DNA of 64,000 nt from Eledone cirrhosa (Eukaryota): NCBI GenBank assembly GCA_964016885.1, contig OZ024741.1:128774001-128838000 (forward strand). Reading direction: 5' to 3'. Made by a program: the position numbers and the translations under genes. Below, piece after piece: positions 42,511 through 56,073 of this stretch (the stretch's first letter is position 1; each line of letters begins with the position of its first letter). Under the pieces are notes generated by a model that saw nothing but the letters and a program-made list of their open reading frames with translations, made no database searches and had not been told where the DNA came from.

Positions 42511-42515
<5 letters not shown>
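40184..42515 (-). mobile_element. 5'-truncated Penelope-like element with inverted terminal arm, interrupted by a hAT
   Basis: Minus-strand GIY-YIG C-terminus at 41836-42135 (TTLANKTWQLRE..LKWKKL..APPY..CRLCDLELFHIL..LLNNKIE..CNH). ~190-bp inverted arms 40184-40370 / 42198-42384. Confidence 0.85.
40371..41442 (-). mobile_element. hAT (Charlie/GTF2IRD2-like) transposon, 5' half, decayed transposase
   Basis: TIR CAGGGGTCATCAAACT at 41442 preceded by ctctaaat; ATG at 41277 gives MATKKRKVDAECRIFNEEW..CVVC..KEYNLRRHYETKH (BED finger), YSLALDESTD, NHRQFQAFL, WLSCGKVL. Has one stop, an internal deletion and no 3' end. Confidence 0.93.
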
Positions 42516-42569
<54 letters not shown>

Positions 42570-42572
<3 letters not shown>

Positions 42573-42841
42573 GGTGTTGGATGCTTAAAGCGTCTGTATG
42601 CGGTAGGCCATATGAGCATTAGATGGTCTCATAGAACTGAGTATGATATCACAGAAAAAAAGAGAATCAGTGTTGCGACGAATGGAATTTATTAGACATA
42701 TTACAATCGTTTCTCTAGCGACCAGCTCGAAGCACGATCGATGTGATGATCAAAGTTGATTCAAGCTGGTCGCCAGAGAAACGATTGTAATATGTCCAAT
42801 AAATTCCATTCGTCGCAACACTGAATCTCTTTTTTTCTGTG
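42570..42841 (-). mobile_element. PLE remnant hairpin (arms 42650-42729 / 42761-42841), same family as 58090-58255
   Basis: Inverted arms containing gctggtcgccagagaaacgattgtaatatgtcc, between (TA)n tracts. Confidence 0.8.
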
Positions 42842-42906
42842 CTATTAAATATATATATATATATATATATAAATATATATATATAAGCAGAATAAATGGA
42901 GGAAAA

Positions 42907-42951
<45 letters not shown>

Positions 42952-42997
42952 TAATGTCAAACCTATGTCAGTGTAGAAAGTACACACACATATATAT

Positions 42998-43387
42998 ATC
43001 ATCATCATCATCGTTTAACGTCCATCTTCCACGCTTGCATGGGTTTGGACGGGAGTTTTCCCACTTTAGGCAAGATTGGTTATCCTGCTCGTATAGGACT
43101 GTCTGGCGGGTTTTCTACAGCTGGATGCCCTTCCTAACACCAACCACGTTTACAGTGTGGACTGGGAGGTTTTTACCGTGTTGCCTACACGGCCACATTA
43201 CAGCGTGGACTGTGTGTTTTATTGTCATGACACCTACACGACCTCATTTGTTTCGGACTGGATGTTGTGGTACCAACATAACTTTACATTGAAAGGGGTG
43301 GGGGTAGTGGAACGGGGGGTATATTTTGTTAGAGGTGCCTACTGACTGTAGGTTTCGCTTTGTACTTAGGCAAGGCGGGTCTTCTGT
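42998..43387 (-). mobile_element. RTE LINE 3'UTR fragment
   Basis: Near-identical to 56074-56475, with atcatcatcgtttaacgtcc tail. Confidence 0.9.
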
Positions 43388-43569
43388 ATAATATATGCTA
43401 ACTCTCTAGCCCACTAAATATTAACACTTCGAATATTTAATACTGCCGGCACTAGTATCGAGCACCTTTGGCATACGCTACTTGGCAAGTAACTATATGT
43501 ATCACCTATCCCTCCTTTTTCTCTCTTTCTCGATACGTAAATACTATATATATATATATATGTATATGT

Positions 43570-43679
<110 letters not shown>

Positions 43680-43706
43680 GTATATATATGTATATGTATA
43701 TATATG

Positions 43707-43738
<32 letters not shown>

Positions 43739-43753
43739 TATACATATACATAC

Positions 43754-43785
<32 letters not shown>

Positions 43786-43792
43786 GTATATG

Positions 43793-43857
<65 letters not shown>

Positions 43858-43939
43858 GTATATATATATATGTATATATATATGTATATATATATATATA
43901 TATATGTAAATATATATATATATATATATATACATTATT

Positions 43940-44114
43940 CTGGGTTGAATCGGAGGTAACCACAGTAAGTAAGGTACTCAATACATTGCAGAGTATAAAA
44001 GTTTTAATATAGATGAAATTCTACAGGACTAGAACTGTTTCATTCTTTAGAAATCATCTGATGATTTCTAAAGAATGAAACAGTTCTAGTCCTGTAGAAT
44101 CTCATCTATATTAA

Positions 44115-44118
<4 letters not shown>
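43940..44118. mobile_element. PLE remnant; ~119-bp palindrome (44000-44118) centred on a hammerhead core
   Basis: Centre atcatc-t-gatgat. Right arm reads CTGATGA-tTTC taaa GAAt-GAAA-CAG ttctagtc CTG-TA (44058-44096); the 5' strand of stem I is absent. Confidence 0.85.
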
Positions 44119-44170
<52 letters not shown>

Positions 44171-44542
44171 ATATAAAATACCCTCTCTGTTCATTCATTA
44201 CTCATCCAAAACTGTCGATAAAGAAGCAATTTCACATAGACTGATTGATCTAATAAGCCCATAGGCTAATGGGATAATGCAACCCTATTTTGTAAACCCA
44301 TTGATCTGACAATTCTATGTGGAAGTATAGAATCTAAATAACCTTTCAAATGTATTTTAAACTGAAATATTTGGTAAACTTTTTTTAAACACATTTTCTT
44401 TTATTTTTCGCTTTATTTCTTTTTCACAGAAAGCAATTAACTGAATGTTTTGTTTTTTATTACATAATATAGTTAAGTATGTATGTGTAAGTGTGTATGT
44501 ATGTGTATGTATATATATATGCATATATATATATATTGTATG

Positions 44543-44622
<80 letters not shown>

Positions 44623-44725
44623 CATGCATATATATTGTATGTATGTATATATGTATGTGTATATATATATACATATATACATATATATATATACATGTGT
44701 GTGTGTGTGTGTGTATGTACATATA

Positions 44726-44799
<74 letters not shown>

Positions 44800-45189
44800 T
44801 ATACAGCCTTTGGAATGTAATTAACTATTTTAACCCTTTTTTTCCTTGAAATAAGCAAATATATTTCAGCAATTAGATTGTTTAGGAAAAAAAGTTCAAA
44901 CCCACGTACACATACAAACCACAGTCTCATATACGCACACACTCATATACACACAGACACATCATCACCATTTTTATTATTGTGGATTTACAGTATCGGT
45001 AGAGCATTGGACAACATGCTTTGCAGCATATAGTTACATCCCTTTATGTTCCGAGGTTAAATAACACCGAAGTTAGCTTTGCCTTTTCATTCTTACCGGG
45101 TCGATAAAATATAGTACCAGTAATACACTGAGCTTAATTTAATCGACTTTCCAAATTGTTGGCCTTGTGCCTAAATCAGAAACCCTTAT

Positions 45190-45368
45190 TACACATTGAA
45201 ATGGTAAATTTCGAAAAGTATTGACACACTTTCGAAAAGTTTACACACGTACACATGTATGTCATGACTCATACACTGTTCACCTTCCTGACATTTGTAT
45301 ATTATTCTATGTAGTATACATGTACCTTTGACGAGTTGTAGTGCACCTGAGCACTGTACACAATAATT

Positions 45369-45425
<57 letters not shown>
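45190..45425 (+). mobile_element. Probable LINE 3'UTR with (ATT)n tail
   Basis: ttgtagtgcacctgagcactgtacacaataatttc(att)n; related inverted fragment at 58570-58650. Confidence 0.55.
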
Positions 45426-45426
<1 letters not shown>

Positions 45427-45427
45427 G

Positions 45428-45645
45428 GGCGGTGGATTGGCAGTATCGGTAGAGGGTCGGACGCCATGCTTTCCAGCATAGTTACGTCCCTTTATGGTCT
45501 GAGTTCAAATTCCGCCGAGGTTGACTTTGCCTTTCATCCTTACGGGGTCGATAAAATAAAGTACCAGTCACGCACTGGGGTCGATTTAATCGACTTTCCC
45601 CTCCCCCAAAGTTGCTGGCCTTGTGTCTATATAAGAAACCATTAT
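45428..45645 (+). mobile_element. Full-length tRNA-derived SINE
   Basis: ggcggtggattggcagtatcggtaga (A box), gagttcaaattcc (B box), central gcctttcatccttacggggtcgataaa domain, AT tail. Other copies at 33297-33450, 44980-45190, 45655-45765, 48113-48293(-). Confidence 0.9.
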
Positions 45646-45792
45646 TAGATTAAAAATTCCACTGAGGTTAACTTTGCCTTTCATCCTTACGAGGTCGATA
45701 AAATAAAGTACCAGTAATGTACTGGGTATTTGCTAGCCTTGTGCCAAAAGTAAAAACAATTATTATCATTGTGGTTGTTGTTGTTATTTCAG

Positions 45793-45923
45793 ATCTGCCA
45801 TGCTGTGAGAAAGGTGAGACTGAAGAGTGTGTCAACACATGTTTGAGTGCTGTCATGTTGTTAAATACAGATGATGAGAAGATAGATGTAGTTATTAAGA
45901 AGTGTGGAGAACCCTCTCCAATG
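45793..45923 (+). CDS. RECK: RECK exon (CC4 domain), YLPCCEKGETEECVNTCLSAVMLLNTDDEKIDVVIKKCGEPSPM
   Basis: tatttcag acceptor, gtaagt donor, 131 nt, phase 1 to 0. Matches human LYCCDRAEDHACQNACKRILMSKKTEMEIVDGLIEGCKTQPLPQ. Confidence 0.94.
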
Positions 45924-46153
45924 GTAAGTACTCAACTGAACAAGGAACATTTCAACCAATGTGTTGCCCCTGTTGTCTTGTTGGACCCTGTCCTGTAGAG
46001 GGGTTTTTTTGTTAGGTGGCAGGTGTTGATTAGTTTTAAAGGGTTTTGTTTATATTTTCTGTTTATTTTTTTGTGTTCTTTTTTTTTGGTAGTGTGGGAA
46101 CAGAGTGATGTGGAATAAAGGGAGTGGTGGGGAGGCCGATATGAAGGGGATCT

Positions 46154-47222
46154 CATCATCATCATCATCATCACCATCATCATTATCATCATCACATTCA
46201 TGATTTATCACCGTTGCCATCATCACTATTATCACCATCATCTCCATCACCACCACCACCATCACCACCATCACCACCATCACCACCATCACCATCACCA
46301 TCACCACCATCATCACCATCACCACCATCACCATCACCACCATCATCACCATCACCAACTATCACCACCATCATCACCATCACCACCATCACCATCATCA
46401 TCACCATCATCACCATCACCACCATCATCACCATCACCACCATCATCACCATCACCACCATCACCACCATCACCACCATCACCACCATCACCATCATCAC
46501 CATCACCACCATCACCATCACCACCATCACCACCATCACCACCATCACCACCACCATCACCATCACCATCATCACCACCATCACCATCACCATCATCACC
46601 ATCATCACCACCATCACCATCACCACCATCACCACCATCACCACCATCACCATCATCACCACCACCACCATCATCACCATCATCACCATCACCACCATCA
46701 CCATCACCATCATCACCACCATCACCATCACCATCACCACCATCACCATCATCACCACCACCACCATCACCACCATCACCATCACCACCATCACCACCAT
46801 CACCACCATCACCACCACCATCACCATCACCATCATCACCACCATCACCATCACCATCATCACCATCATCACCACCATCACCATCACCACCATCACCACC
46901 ATCACCACCATCACCATCATCACCACCACCACCATCATCACCATCATCACCATCACCACCATCACCATCACCATCATCACCACCATCACCATCACCATCA
47001 CCACCATCACCATCATCACCACCACCACCATCACCACCATCACCATCATCACCACCACCACCATCACCACCATCATCACCATCATCACCACCATCATCAC
47101 CATCACCATCACCATCACCACCATCACCACCATCACCACCATCACCACCACCACCATCACCACCATCACCATCACCACCATCATCACCATCACCATCATC
47201 ATCATCATTATCATTATCATCA
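46154..47222. repeat. (CAC/CAT)n compound trinucleotide tract
   Basis: About 1.07 kb; an internal ~260-bp block appears duplicated. Confidence 0.97.
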
Positions 47223-47779
47223 CAAGAAAATATTCTCTGCCAGTAACAAATTCCATGTAGAAAGAATTCCAATTCCACAACAAAAAATTCCTGAAGACTT
47301 CAACATAACATACATGTGTGTGTATGTATGTGTGGGTGTGAGAGTGTGTACATGTGTGTATGTGTGTGTGGGTGGGTGTGCATGTGTGTTTATGGGGGTA
47401 GGTGTGTGGGGGGGGACTGAGTGCCTAAATGTGTGTTTGTGGGGAGGAGGATGTGTGTGTGAGTATGTACATGTGTGTTTGTGGCGGGGGTGGGGGGCGT
47501 ATGTGTGTGTGTCTGTGTGTGCAAGTGTGTGTGTGTGTGTGTGTGTGCGTGCATGTGTATGGGCGTAAATATATGTGTGTGTCTGTATGTGTACGTGTGA
47601 CGAAAAGTGTATATGTGTGCAGATGCGTGTGTATGTCTTCTTTCATATACAACCAATAACACACACACCCATGGTGTGTGCTAGTACATATATATATATA
47701 TATGTGTATATGTGTGTGTGTGTGTGTGTAAGTCTTCCTTTCATATATAAGAAATGACACACGCATGGAGTGGTGTGTG

Positions 47780-48400
47780 TATCTCACATATAAGAAATAA
47801 CATACATAGACCGCACACTGGTGGTGTAGTGTGTGCATGTTCCCAGCTCACATATAAGAAATAATACACATACATACACACACATACATACACACACTGG
47901 TGGTGTAGTGTGTGCATGTTCCCAGCTCACATATAAGAAATAATACACATACATACACACACATACATACACACACTGGTGGTGTAGTGTGTGCATGTTC
48001 CCAGCTCACATATAAGAAATAATACACATACATACACACACATACATACACACACATACACACACACACTGGTGGTGTAATGTGTGTATGTTCCCAGATT
48101 ACATATAAGAAATAATTGTTTCTACTTTAGGCACAAGGCCAGCAATTACCCAGTACATTACTGGTACTTTATTTTATCGACTCCGTAAGGCAGAGTTAAC
48201 CTCGGCGGGATTTGAACACAGAATGGCAAGGGCCGTAACTCTATGCATCAAAGCTTGCCGTCCAACCTTCTACCAATACTGCCAATCCACCAAAATAATA
48301 CATATACATACACACTGGTGGTGTAATGTGTGAGCAAGTGTGTATGTATCCATCTCACATATAAGAAATAACACACACACATACACACTGGTGGTGTGGT
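47780..48400. repeat. ~79-bp minisatellite interrupted by a SINE (48113-48293)
   Basis: cacactggtggtgtagtgtgtgcatgttcccagctcacatataagaaataatacac repeated, and resuming after the SINE. Confidence 0.9.
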
Positions 48401-48559
48401 GTGATGTAGGGACGTGGATGGGGGTGGGGAGAGAGTACCAGGGCGGGTGTAACAATGTCTCTAGCAGATAGCTGTGTTGAGAAGGAGGAAACTTAACAGA
48501 TATAGTTTGTGTCTCTTTGTCTCTTAACGGAACAGATAAGGACATATAAGAACAGAAAT

Positions 48560-49918
48560 ACAACAACAACAACAATGACAACAACAATGACAACAGCAAT
48601 GACAACAACAACAACAACAACTACAATATCAACAATAATAAAAACAATATCAACAATAACAACTGACACCCTCAATGTCAACAATGGCAACAACAATGAC
48701 AATGACAACAACAACAACAACAATGACAACAACAATGACAACAGCAATGACAACAACAACAACAACAACAACAACGACAATGACAATAACAACAACAACA
48801 ACAATGACAATAACAACAACAACAATGACAATGACAACAACAATGACAGCGACAACAACAACAACAATGACAATGACAACAACAATGACGACAACAACAA
48901 TAAAAATAACAATGACAACAACAACAACAACAATGACAATGACAACAACAATGACAGCGACAACAACAACAACAATGACAATGACAACAACAATGACAAT
49001 GACAGCAACAATGACGACAACAACAATAAAAATAACAATGACAATAACAACAACAACAATGACAATGACAACAACAATGACAGCGACAACAACAACAACA
49101 ATGACAATGACAACAACAATGACAATGACAGCAACAATGACGACAACAACAATAAAAATAACAATGACAACAACAATAACAATGACAATGACAATAACAA
49201 CAACAACAATAATAACAACAACAATAACAACAACAACAATAACAATAACAATGACAATGACAACAACAACAATAACAATGGCAACGACAGCAACAATGAC
49301 AACAACAACAACAATGACAATAACAATGACAACAACAACAATAACAATGACAGCAACAATAACAATAACAATGACAACAACAACAACAATGACAATGGCA
49401 ACGACAGCAACAATGACAACAACAATGACAACAACAATGACAACAACAATGACAATGACAACAACAACAATGACAATGACAACAACAATGACAATGACAA
49501 CAACAACAATGACAACAACAATGACAATGACAACAACAATGACAATGACAACAACAACGACAACAACAACAATGACAATGACAACAACAATGACAACAAC
49601 AATGACAATGACAACAACAACAACAATGACAACAACAATGACAACAACAACAACAATGACAATGACAACAACAACAACAACAATGACAACAACAATGACA
49701 ACAACAATGACAATGACAACAACAACAACAATGACAACAACAATGACAACAACAACAACAATGACAATGACAACAACAACAACAACAATGACAACAACAA
49801 TGACAACAACAATGACAATGACAACAACAACAACAATGACAACAACAATGACAACAACAACAACAATGACGACAACAACAACAACAATAACAATGACAGC
49901 AACAATAACAATGATAAC
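48560..49918. repeat. (AAC)n / AATGAC compound tract
   Basis: Directly visible; source of the poly-N/T/L pseudo-ORFs. Confidence 0.97.
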
Positions 49919-50090
49919 ATTGTCCTTCTAATTAGAGATATACAACTCAGTATTGCCAGCTGAGTGAACAGGAGCAATGTGAAATAAAGTGTCATGCACA
50001 AATATATATATACTGTAAGAAACTCTAAATAGTCTTTTACAATTAAATAGCTCCAAGAAAGGAATCTTTCCGAGCCATGTAATATAATAT

Positions 50091-50560
50091 AATATATGAG
50101 AGGGATAAACACTGATACAAGTATACATGTGTTCCAATTGCAAAGAACCAAGTTAGCTAGGTTGAAAAAAATACTAACTTAAAACAATATGGTTTGCCTC
50201 ACTCGATTTAAAGTAATAAATCAATAAAAAGAACAAACCTATATCGGGCAAAAGCCTTTGATACCCAGACAGACTTAAATCTGTTTTACAAGAATTATTA
50301 AGTGAAAGACACTATTTCTGTGCTCTTCAGTAGGTATCCAAAATAAATTTTGGCTAAATTTTTTAAACAGATTTAAGTCTGTCTGGGTATCAAAGGCTTT
50401 TGCCCAATATAGGTTTGTTCTTTTTATTGATTTATTACTTTAAATTGAGTCAGGCAAACCATATTGTTTTAAGTTAGTATTTTTTTCAACCTAGCTAACT
50501 TGGTCATTTGCAATTGGAACACATGTATACTTGTATCTGTGTTCATCTCTCTCATATATT
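50091..50560. repeat. Long hairpin, ~195-bp arms (50091-50286 / 50365-50560), probable PLE remnant
   Basis: Near-perfect inverted arms between (TA)n tracts; the loop carries minus-strand ctgaagagcac. Confidence 0.85.
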
Positions 50561-50564
50561 CAAT

Positions 50565-50612
<48 letters not shown>

Positions 50613-50617
<5 letters not shown>

Positions 50618-50973
50618 CAGTACAGTATATAGAGAAGAAAACACAAAAAGTGGTTATGTTTTCATTTACGAGGGGTAGAAAACCACTATAGTGAAGGTCT
50701 ACAAAAAGTGGAGAAAATACATAAAAATTAAGAGGAAAAATTAAAATGTAAAAACCCACCTTTATAACTATACACACCTGGACATTCTCAAAAAAGAGAA
50801 TGTTTCTCTATAATGCCGGTTCCATACCTTCTCAGGGCTTATCAACAGGTGTAAAGAAGGTATAGCCAATACGTCTAAAGATATTTCAGACAACTGAATA
50901 AAACACATAGTGAGAGAACAAAAAATGAAAACATAACCTCTTTTTGTGTTTTCTTCTCTATACACTGTATTAT
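50613..50973. repeat. ~55-bp inverted arms flanking ~250 bp, probable PLE remnant
   Basis: tatagagaagaaaacacaaaaagtggttatgttttcattt and its inverse at 50921-50973. Confidence 0.75.
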
Positions 50974-51746
50974 TGAGAGCTTGGTAATTTATTCCTTGAG
51001 CTCATAAAATTACAGGGGATTAACATGAGTCTTTAACTTTGTTTTTTCAACTATATATATATGTATATATATATATACCATCACTGTTTAACGACCATTT
51101 TTTCACACCAGCATGGATTAAAGTTGTCCTATATGTGACAGGTCAGGTCAGGTGATCATGTCTTGCTCATATAGAACTAATTCTGACTTAGTTTTTATGG
51201 CTGGTTTTTATGGCTGGATGCCCGTCCTAATGGCAACGACATTTACAGTATGGATTGGGTGGTTTTGTCATGTCACCAACATGACCACTTTACAGTGGTC
51301 AGTCCACACTTACACACATATATATATACTACATGCAACCACTCATTACAAATATACATTTTATTAGCTCGCCTATACATTCAAACTATTTCTTATTGCA
51401 TGAGTAATTAAGAGCAGCCGAGCTTTAGAAAATGCTTATCCTATTGTCTCCGTAACTTAACTCTATATATATATATAGAGAGAGAGACAGAGAGAGATGC
51501 GGTGTACAGGAGAGGAAATTACGTTGGTATGGACATGTGATGCATATGAACGATGATAGCTGTATAAAATACTCCCCTCAAAGGTGATGACGCAGGATCA
51601 AATTTGATTGCTCTTATAATCTGGGGAGATGGTCATAACTGGACCTTGAAACCTTAGGTAGTGCTTTTTATTCCATGTATGAACATAAATAAATGATATA
51701 ATATATATATATATATATATTCATTTTATTAAGGCTAAATAATAAG

Positions 51747-51797
51747 TCTTGTTACTCTTAGAGTTTTGCCTGCTTCTCACAGGGTCATCAGACAAGA
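51747..51797 (-). ncRNA. Hammerhead ribozyme motif with one core substitution
   Basis: TCTTGT-CTGATGA-c-CCTG tgagaag CAGG-c-AAAA-CTCT a AGAG-TA^ACAAGA. 6-bp stem I; GAAA reads AAAA. Confidence 0.8.
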
Positions 51798-51881
51798 ACT
51801 GATATAAGAAAGAGAGAAAGAGGTGACTGATAATCTTCTGATGATGATGATGATGTGTTTGTGTGTGTGTGTGTGTATCTA

Positions 51882-51928
<47 letters not shown>

Positions 51929-52626
51929 ATATATATATATATATATATAGTATTATCTATTTGACATTCTACCAAAAATTCTCAAGCCACACAAACATAC
52001 ATACACACACATATACACACTTACACAAACATACATACACACATATACATATACACACACACATACAGACAGACACATACACACATACACACACACACAT
52101 ACATAAACATACACACACACATACATATTTCCAGCTATCCCCACCACCACCAACCGCCACCACCGCTCAATATATATGATAACACCCAAAACACAAGACC
52201 ACACACCACTTTGTATAAACTAAAGGTCATATCTGATAGTGGTGGAGGTGGTGGTGGTGGTGGGGTTATCAGAAACATAGACTCATGTATTGTATTAAAT
52301 GATGGTGATGGTAGTGGTGGTGGTGATGATGATGGTGTTAGATGATGGTAAAGATGATTATAATTGTGGTGGTGTTGGAGCTTTTGGTGGTGTTGGTGTT
52401 GGTGTTGGCATGTATGTATGTATTTATGTACATATATGTACTTACATATGTATATATATATATATACATATATATGTATATATGTACTTACATATGTATG
52501 TATATATGTACTTATGTATGTATATATATATATATATGTATGTATGTATGTATATATATATATATACATACATATGTATATATGTACTTATGTATGTGTA
52601 TATATATATATAGATGTATGTATGTG

Positions 52627-53310
52627 TGAGAAATTAGGAATAAGAGGGATCAGATGCTGTTTCCTCGAGAGAAGACTACGTTGGTATGGTCACGTGATGC
52701 ACATGAAAGACGACAGCTGTATAAAAAAGTGCAGGGCGATCAAAATTGATGGTAGTTACGGAGTAGGTAGATCCAGAAAAACGTGGAACGATCTGATAAA
52801 TTCCGACCTTTCACACTTGCACCTCTCTAAGACAATGTCGCTGGACCGAGATCTTTGGTGCTACGCAGTAATACAGAAGACCCGACTTGCCTAAGTACAA
52901 AGCGAAACCTACAGTCAGTAGGCACCTCTTAACCAAATATACACCCCAATCCACTTACCCTACCCTATCCTCCCACTCCCACCAACACCACCCTCTCTCT
53001 ATAAAGTTGGTACCACAACATCCAGTCCAAATAAATGAGTTAATGAGATCGAGATCGTGTAGGTGTCACGAGAAAAAAACACACAGTCCACGCTGTAATG
53101 TGGCCATGTAGGTAGCACGGTAAAAAGTTCCCAGTCCACACTGTAAATGTGGTTGGTGTTAGGAAGGGCATCCAGCCGTAGAAAACCTGTCAGATAGTCC
53201 TATATGAGCGAGACATGGTCACCCGACCAACCTTGCCTCAAGTGGGACAACTGCCATCTAACCCATGCTAGCGTGGAAAGTGGACGTTAAACGAGGATGA
53301 TGATGATGAT
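52627..53310 (+). mobile_element. RTE LINE 3' end
   Basis: [49 protein letters not shown], then 3'UTR and (GAT)n tail. Confidence 0.95.
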
Positions 53311-53356
53311 ACTTACATATGTATGTATATATGTACTTATGTATGTATATATATAT

Positions 53357-53930
53357 ATCATCATCATCATCATCATCAACGTTTAACGTCCGTGTTCCAC
53401 GCTTGCATGGGTTTGGACGGGGGTAGTCCCACTTGAGGCAAGAGTGATTGTCTTGCTCGCATAGGACTGTCTGGCAGGTTTTCTACAGTTGGATGCCCTT
53501 CCTAACACCAACCACATTTACAGTGTGGGTCTGGGAGGTTTTTACCGTGTTGCCTACACGGCCACATTACAGCGTGGACTGTGTGTTTTTTTGTCGTGAC
53601 ACCTACACGATCTCATTTGTTTCGGCCTGGATGGCGCGGCACCAACATAACTTTACATAGAACGGGGTGGTGTGGGTGGGGTGGGGGTGGCGGCGGGAGG
53701 GGTGTATTTTGTTAGAGATGCCTACTGGCAAGGCGGGTCTTCTCTGTTACTGAGTACCGCCAAAGGTCACGGTCCAGTGACATTGTCTTGGAGAGGTGTA
53801 AGTGTGTGAGGTCGGAGTTTATCAGCTCATCCCATGTTTTTCTAGGTCTGCCTATTCCGTGGCTACCGTCTATCTTTATTGCCCTGCACTTTGTAATACA
53901 GCTATCGACTTTCATGCGCATCACGTGTCC
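53357..53930 (-). mobile_element. RTE LINE 3' end, tail-to-tail with the previous copy
   Basis: [35 protein letters not shown] plus the same 3'UTR. Confidence 0.95.
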
Positions 53931-53966
<36 letters not shown>

Positions 53967-54019
53967 ATATATATATATATATATATATACTTACATATGT
54001 ATGTATATATGTACTTATG

Positions 54020-54069
<50 letters not shown>

Positions 54070-54697
54070 TATATACTTACATATGTATGTATGTATGTAT
54101 GTTTCTATCTCACCCTCTCTGTCCAATAAGCCTCAGTGATCCTTCTGGAGTTGGAATGTCATTGGTGTATCTGTGATGTTGCATGGTGTTGTTGTTGTTA
54201 GTGGTGGTGGTGGTGGTGGTGGTGGTGGTGGTGGTGGTGGTGGTGGTGGTGGTGTTGTTGTTAGTGGTGGTGGTGGTGGTGGTGGTGGTGGTGGTGGTGG
54301 TGGTGTGAGTGTACACTGTATGTTTGTGTTAGTGCTTCTCTATGTGCATTGGTGCTAATGTGTGTGTGTGTGCATGCATATTTGTGCTAGTGCTTGAATA
54401 TGTGTGTGCACATTTGTGTTAGTGCTTGTGTATGTGTGTGTATGCATGTTTATGTAGGTGCTTGTGTATGTGCATGCCTGTCTGCCTCAGTGTGTATGTG
54501 TGCTTGTCTGCCTCTGTGTGTGTATATGACTCCTCTCACTTGATCTCTCACACTTACCCTTCTAGGGATGAGAATGTAGTATGTGGCAGTCAAGTGTGGT
54601 GGGGTGGTAGTTGTTGGTGATGGTGGCTTTTGTGGTGTCTTTGGTGATGGCCATAATGGGGGTGATGATGTTAGGAGGGGGAGGAAGATTGACATCT

Positions 54698-54771
<74 letters not shown>

Positions 54772-55468
54772 ATAATGTAAATATTGATATGTAAAAATAT
54801 CAACTTGTTGACCAATAAGCCCTCAATGCAAAAGACAATCAAATTACTCTACAGGGGGAACTCACATAGAGATTGTTATAGGTACAACTATTTTGATACA
54901 TTGCATAAAAAACAAATAAACATATAATCAGTTAAAACAATGAAAGATTATTTACTGTATATTGGCAATATATAGTTCCAATAAATGCTCAGACAACAAT
55001 ATATATGTTTTAATATATATATATATTTATTAAATATTATTGAATATTTGCTCTATGGTTTTATATATTTTTTTATATATATTATCTTTATAGAGCCCTC
55101 TTAGGATTTTAGTCTTCACATTTATTATTATTACTTTGTTTTAATATATATATATATGTGTGTGTATGGTTGGTGTTGTAAAAACCCCAGCCAAATTTAC
55201 AGTCCTGTCAGAGTAAGGTACAGTGTGGCCAATCCTGGCAAGACTTATCTCTCAATGCAGACGACCCATCTGACCCATGCAAGCATGGAAAAATCGATGA
55301 TAAACGGTGGTGATGATGATATAAGATCAAAAGATGGTTAAAAGAGTTCCTTGGAACTCTTTAAACCATCTTTTGATCTTATATTATTTATACTCCAGTC
55401 CTACAAACTGTAGAATGCTACTTATCCGATATTTGCATTGCTTTATTGTGCTACAATAAAACTCACCT

Positions 55469-55519
<51 letters not shown>

Positions 55520-55881
55520 GCACACACACACGCACACACACTTGCACTCACACACACACACATGTGTGTATATATATATATATGTGCATATATCATCATC
55601 ATCACCGTTTAACATCGATTTTTCCATGCTTGCATGGGTCAGATGGGTCGTCTGCATTGAGAGTAAGTCTTGCCAGGATTTGCCACACTGTACCTTACTC
55701 TGACATATATATATATATATAGTAATATTTATATATGTTTGATATAACTATAAATATGTAGGGTAGTACTAAGTACTAGCCGGTTACCGGTATGACAAAA
55801 GGCTCAATGCAAATTTTCAAGTGTTTTACAGAGCCGAGATACAAAGTGTTAAAACGATCAAATTTTAGTTTAGAACATTTA

Positions 55882-55933
55882 TTAGCTGACAATTGTTTCT
55901 TCCAGAGGGAAGTCTGGAATCATTGGAGCATAA
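55882..55933 (-). ncRNA. Hammerhead motif with decayed core inside hairpin 55840-56003
   Basis: ttatGCT-CCAATGA-TTCCAG acttccct CTGGAA-GAAA-CAATTG-TC^AGCtaa. Palindromic stem III, GUC triplet. Confidence 0.7.
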
Positions 55934-56073
55934 GGAGCTTCTGGAAGAAACAATTGTCAGCTAATAAATGTTATAAACTAAAATTTGATCGTTTTAACAC
56001 TTTATATATATATATATACAAAGTGTTAAAACGATCAAATTTTAGTTTAGAACATTTTCCTATATATATATAT

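Noticed and set aside
45428-45520. tRNA gene
   Set aside because: A and B boxes are present, but the sequence continues into a SINE body found in many copies and I see no intact cloverleaf.
46200-47283. Extensin-like SP-rich or GD-rich 300-360 aa ORFs
   Set aside because: All arise from a CAC/CAT tract that is open in several frames on both strands inside a RECK intron.
48493-50151. Long poly-Asn/Asp, Thr/Met and Leu ORFs
   Set aside because: (AAC)n/AATGAC microsatellite; stop-free by composition.
51621-51660. A-to-G changes in hammerhead cores (ctgggga, ggaac, ttggaaa) as fossil ADAR editing
   Set aside because: G-to-A and other changes occur equally in other copies (51766, 55925). No bias can be shown without family consensus sequences.
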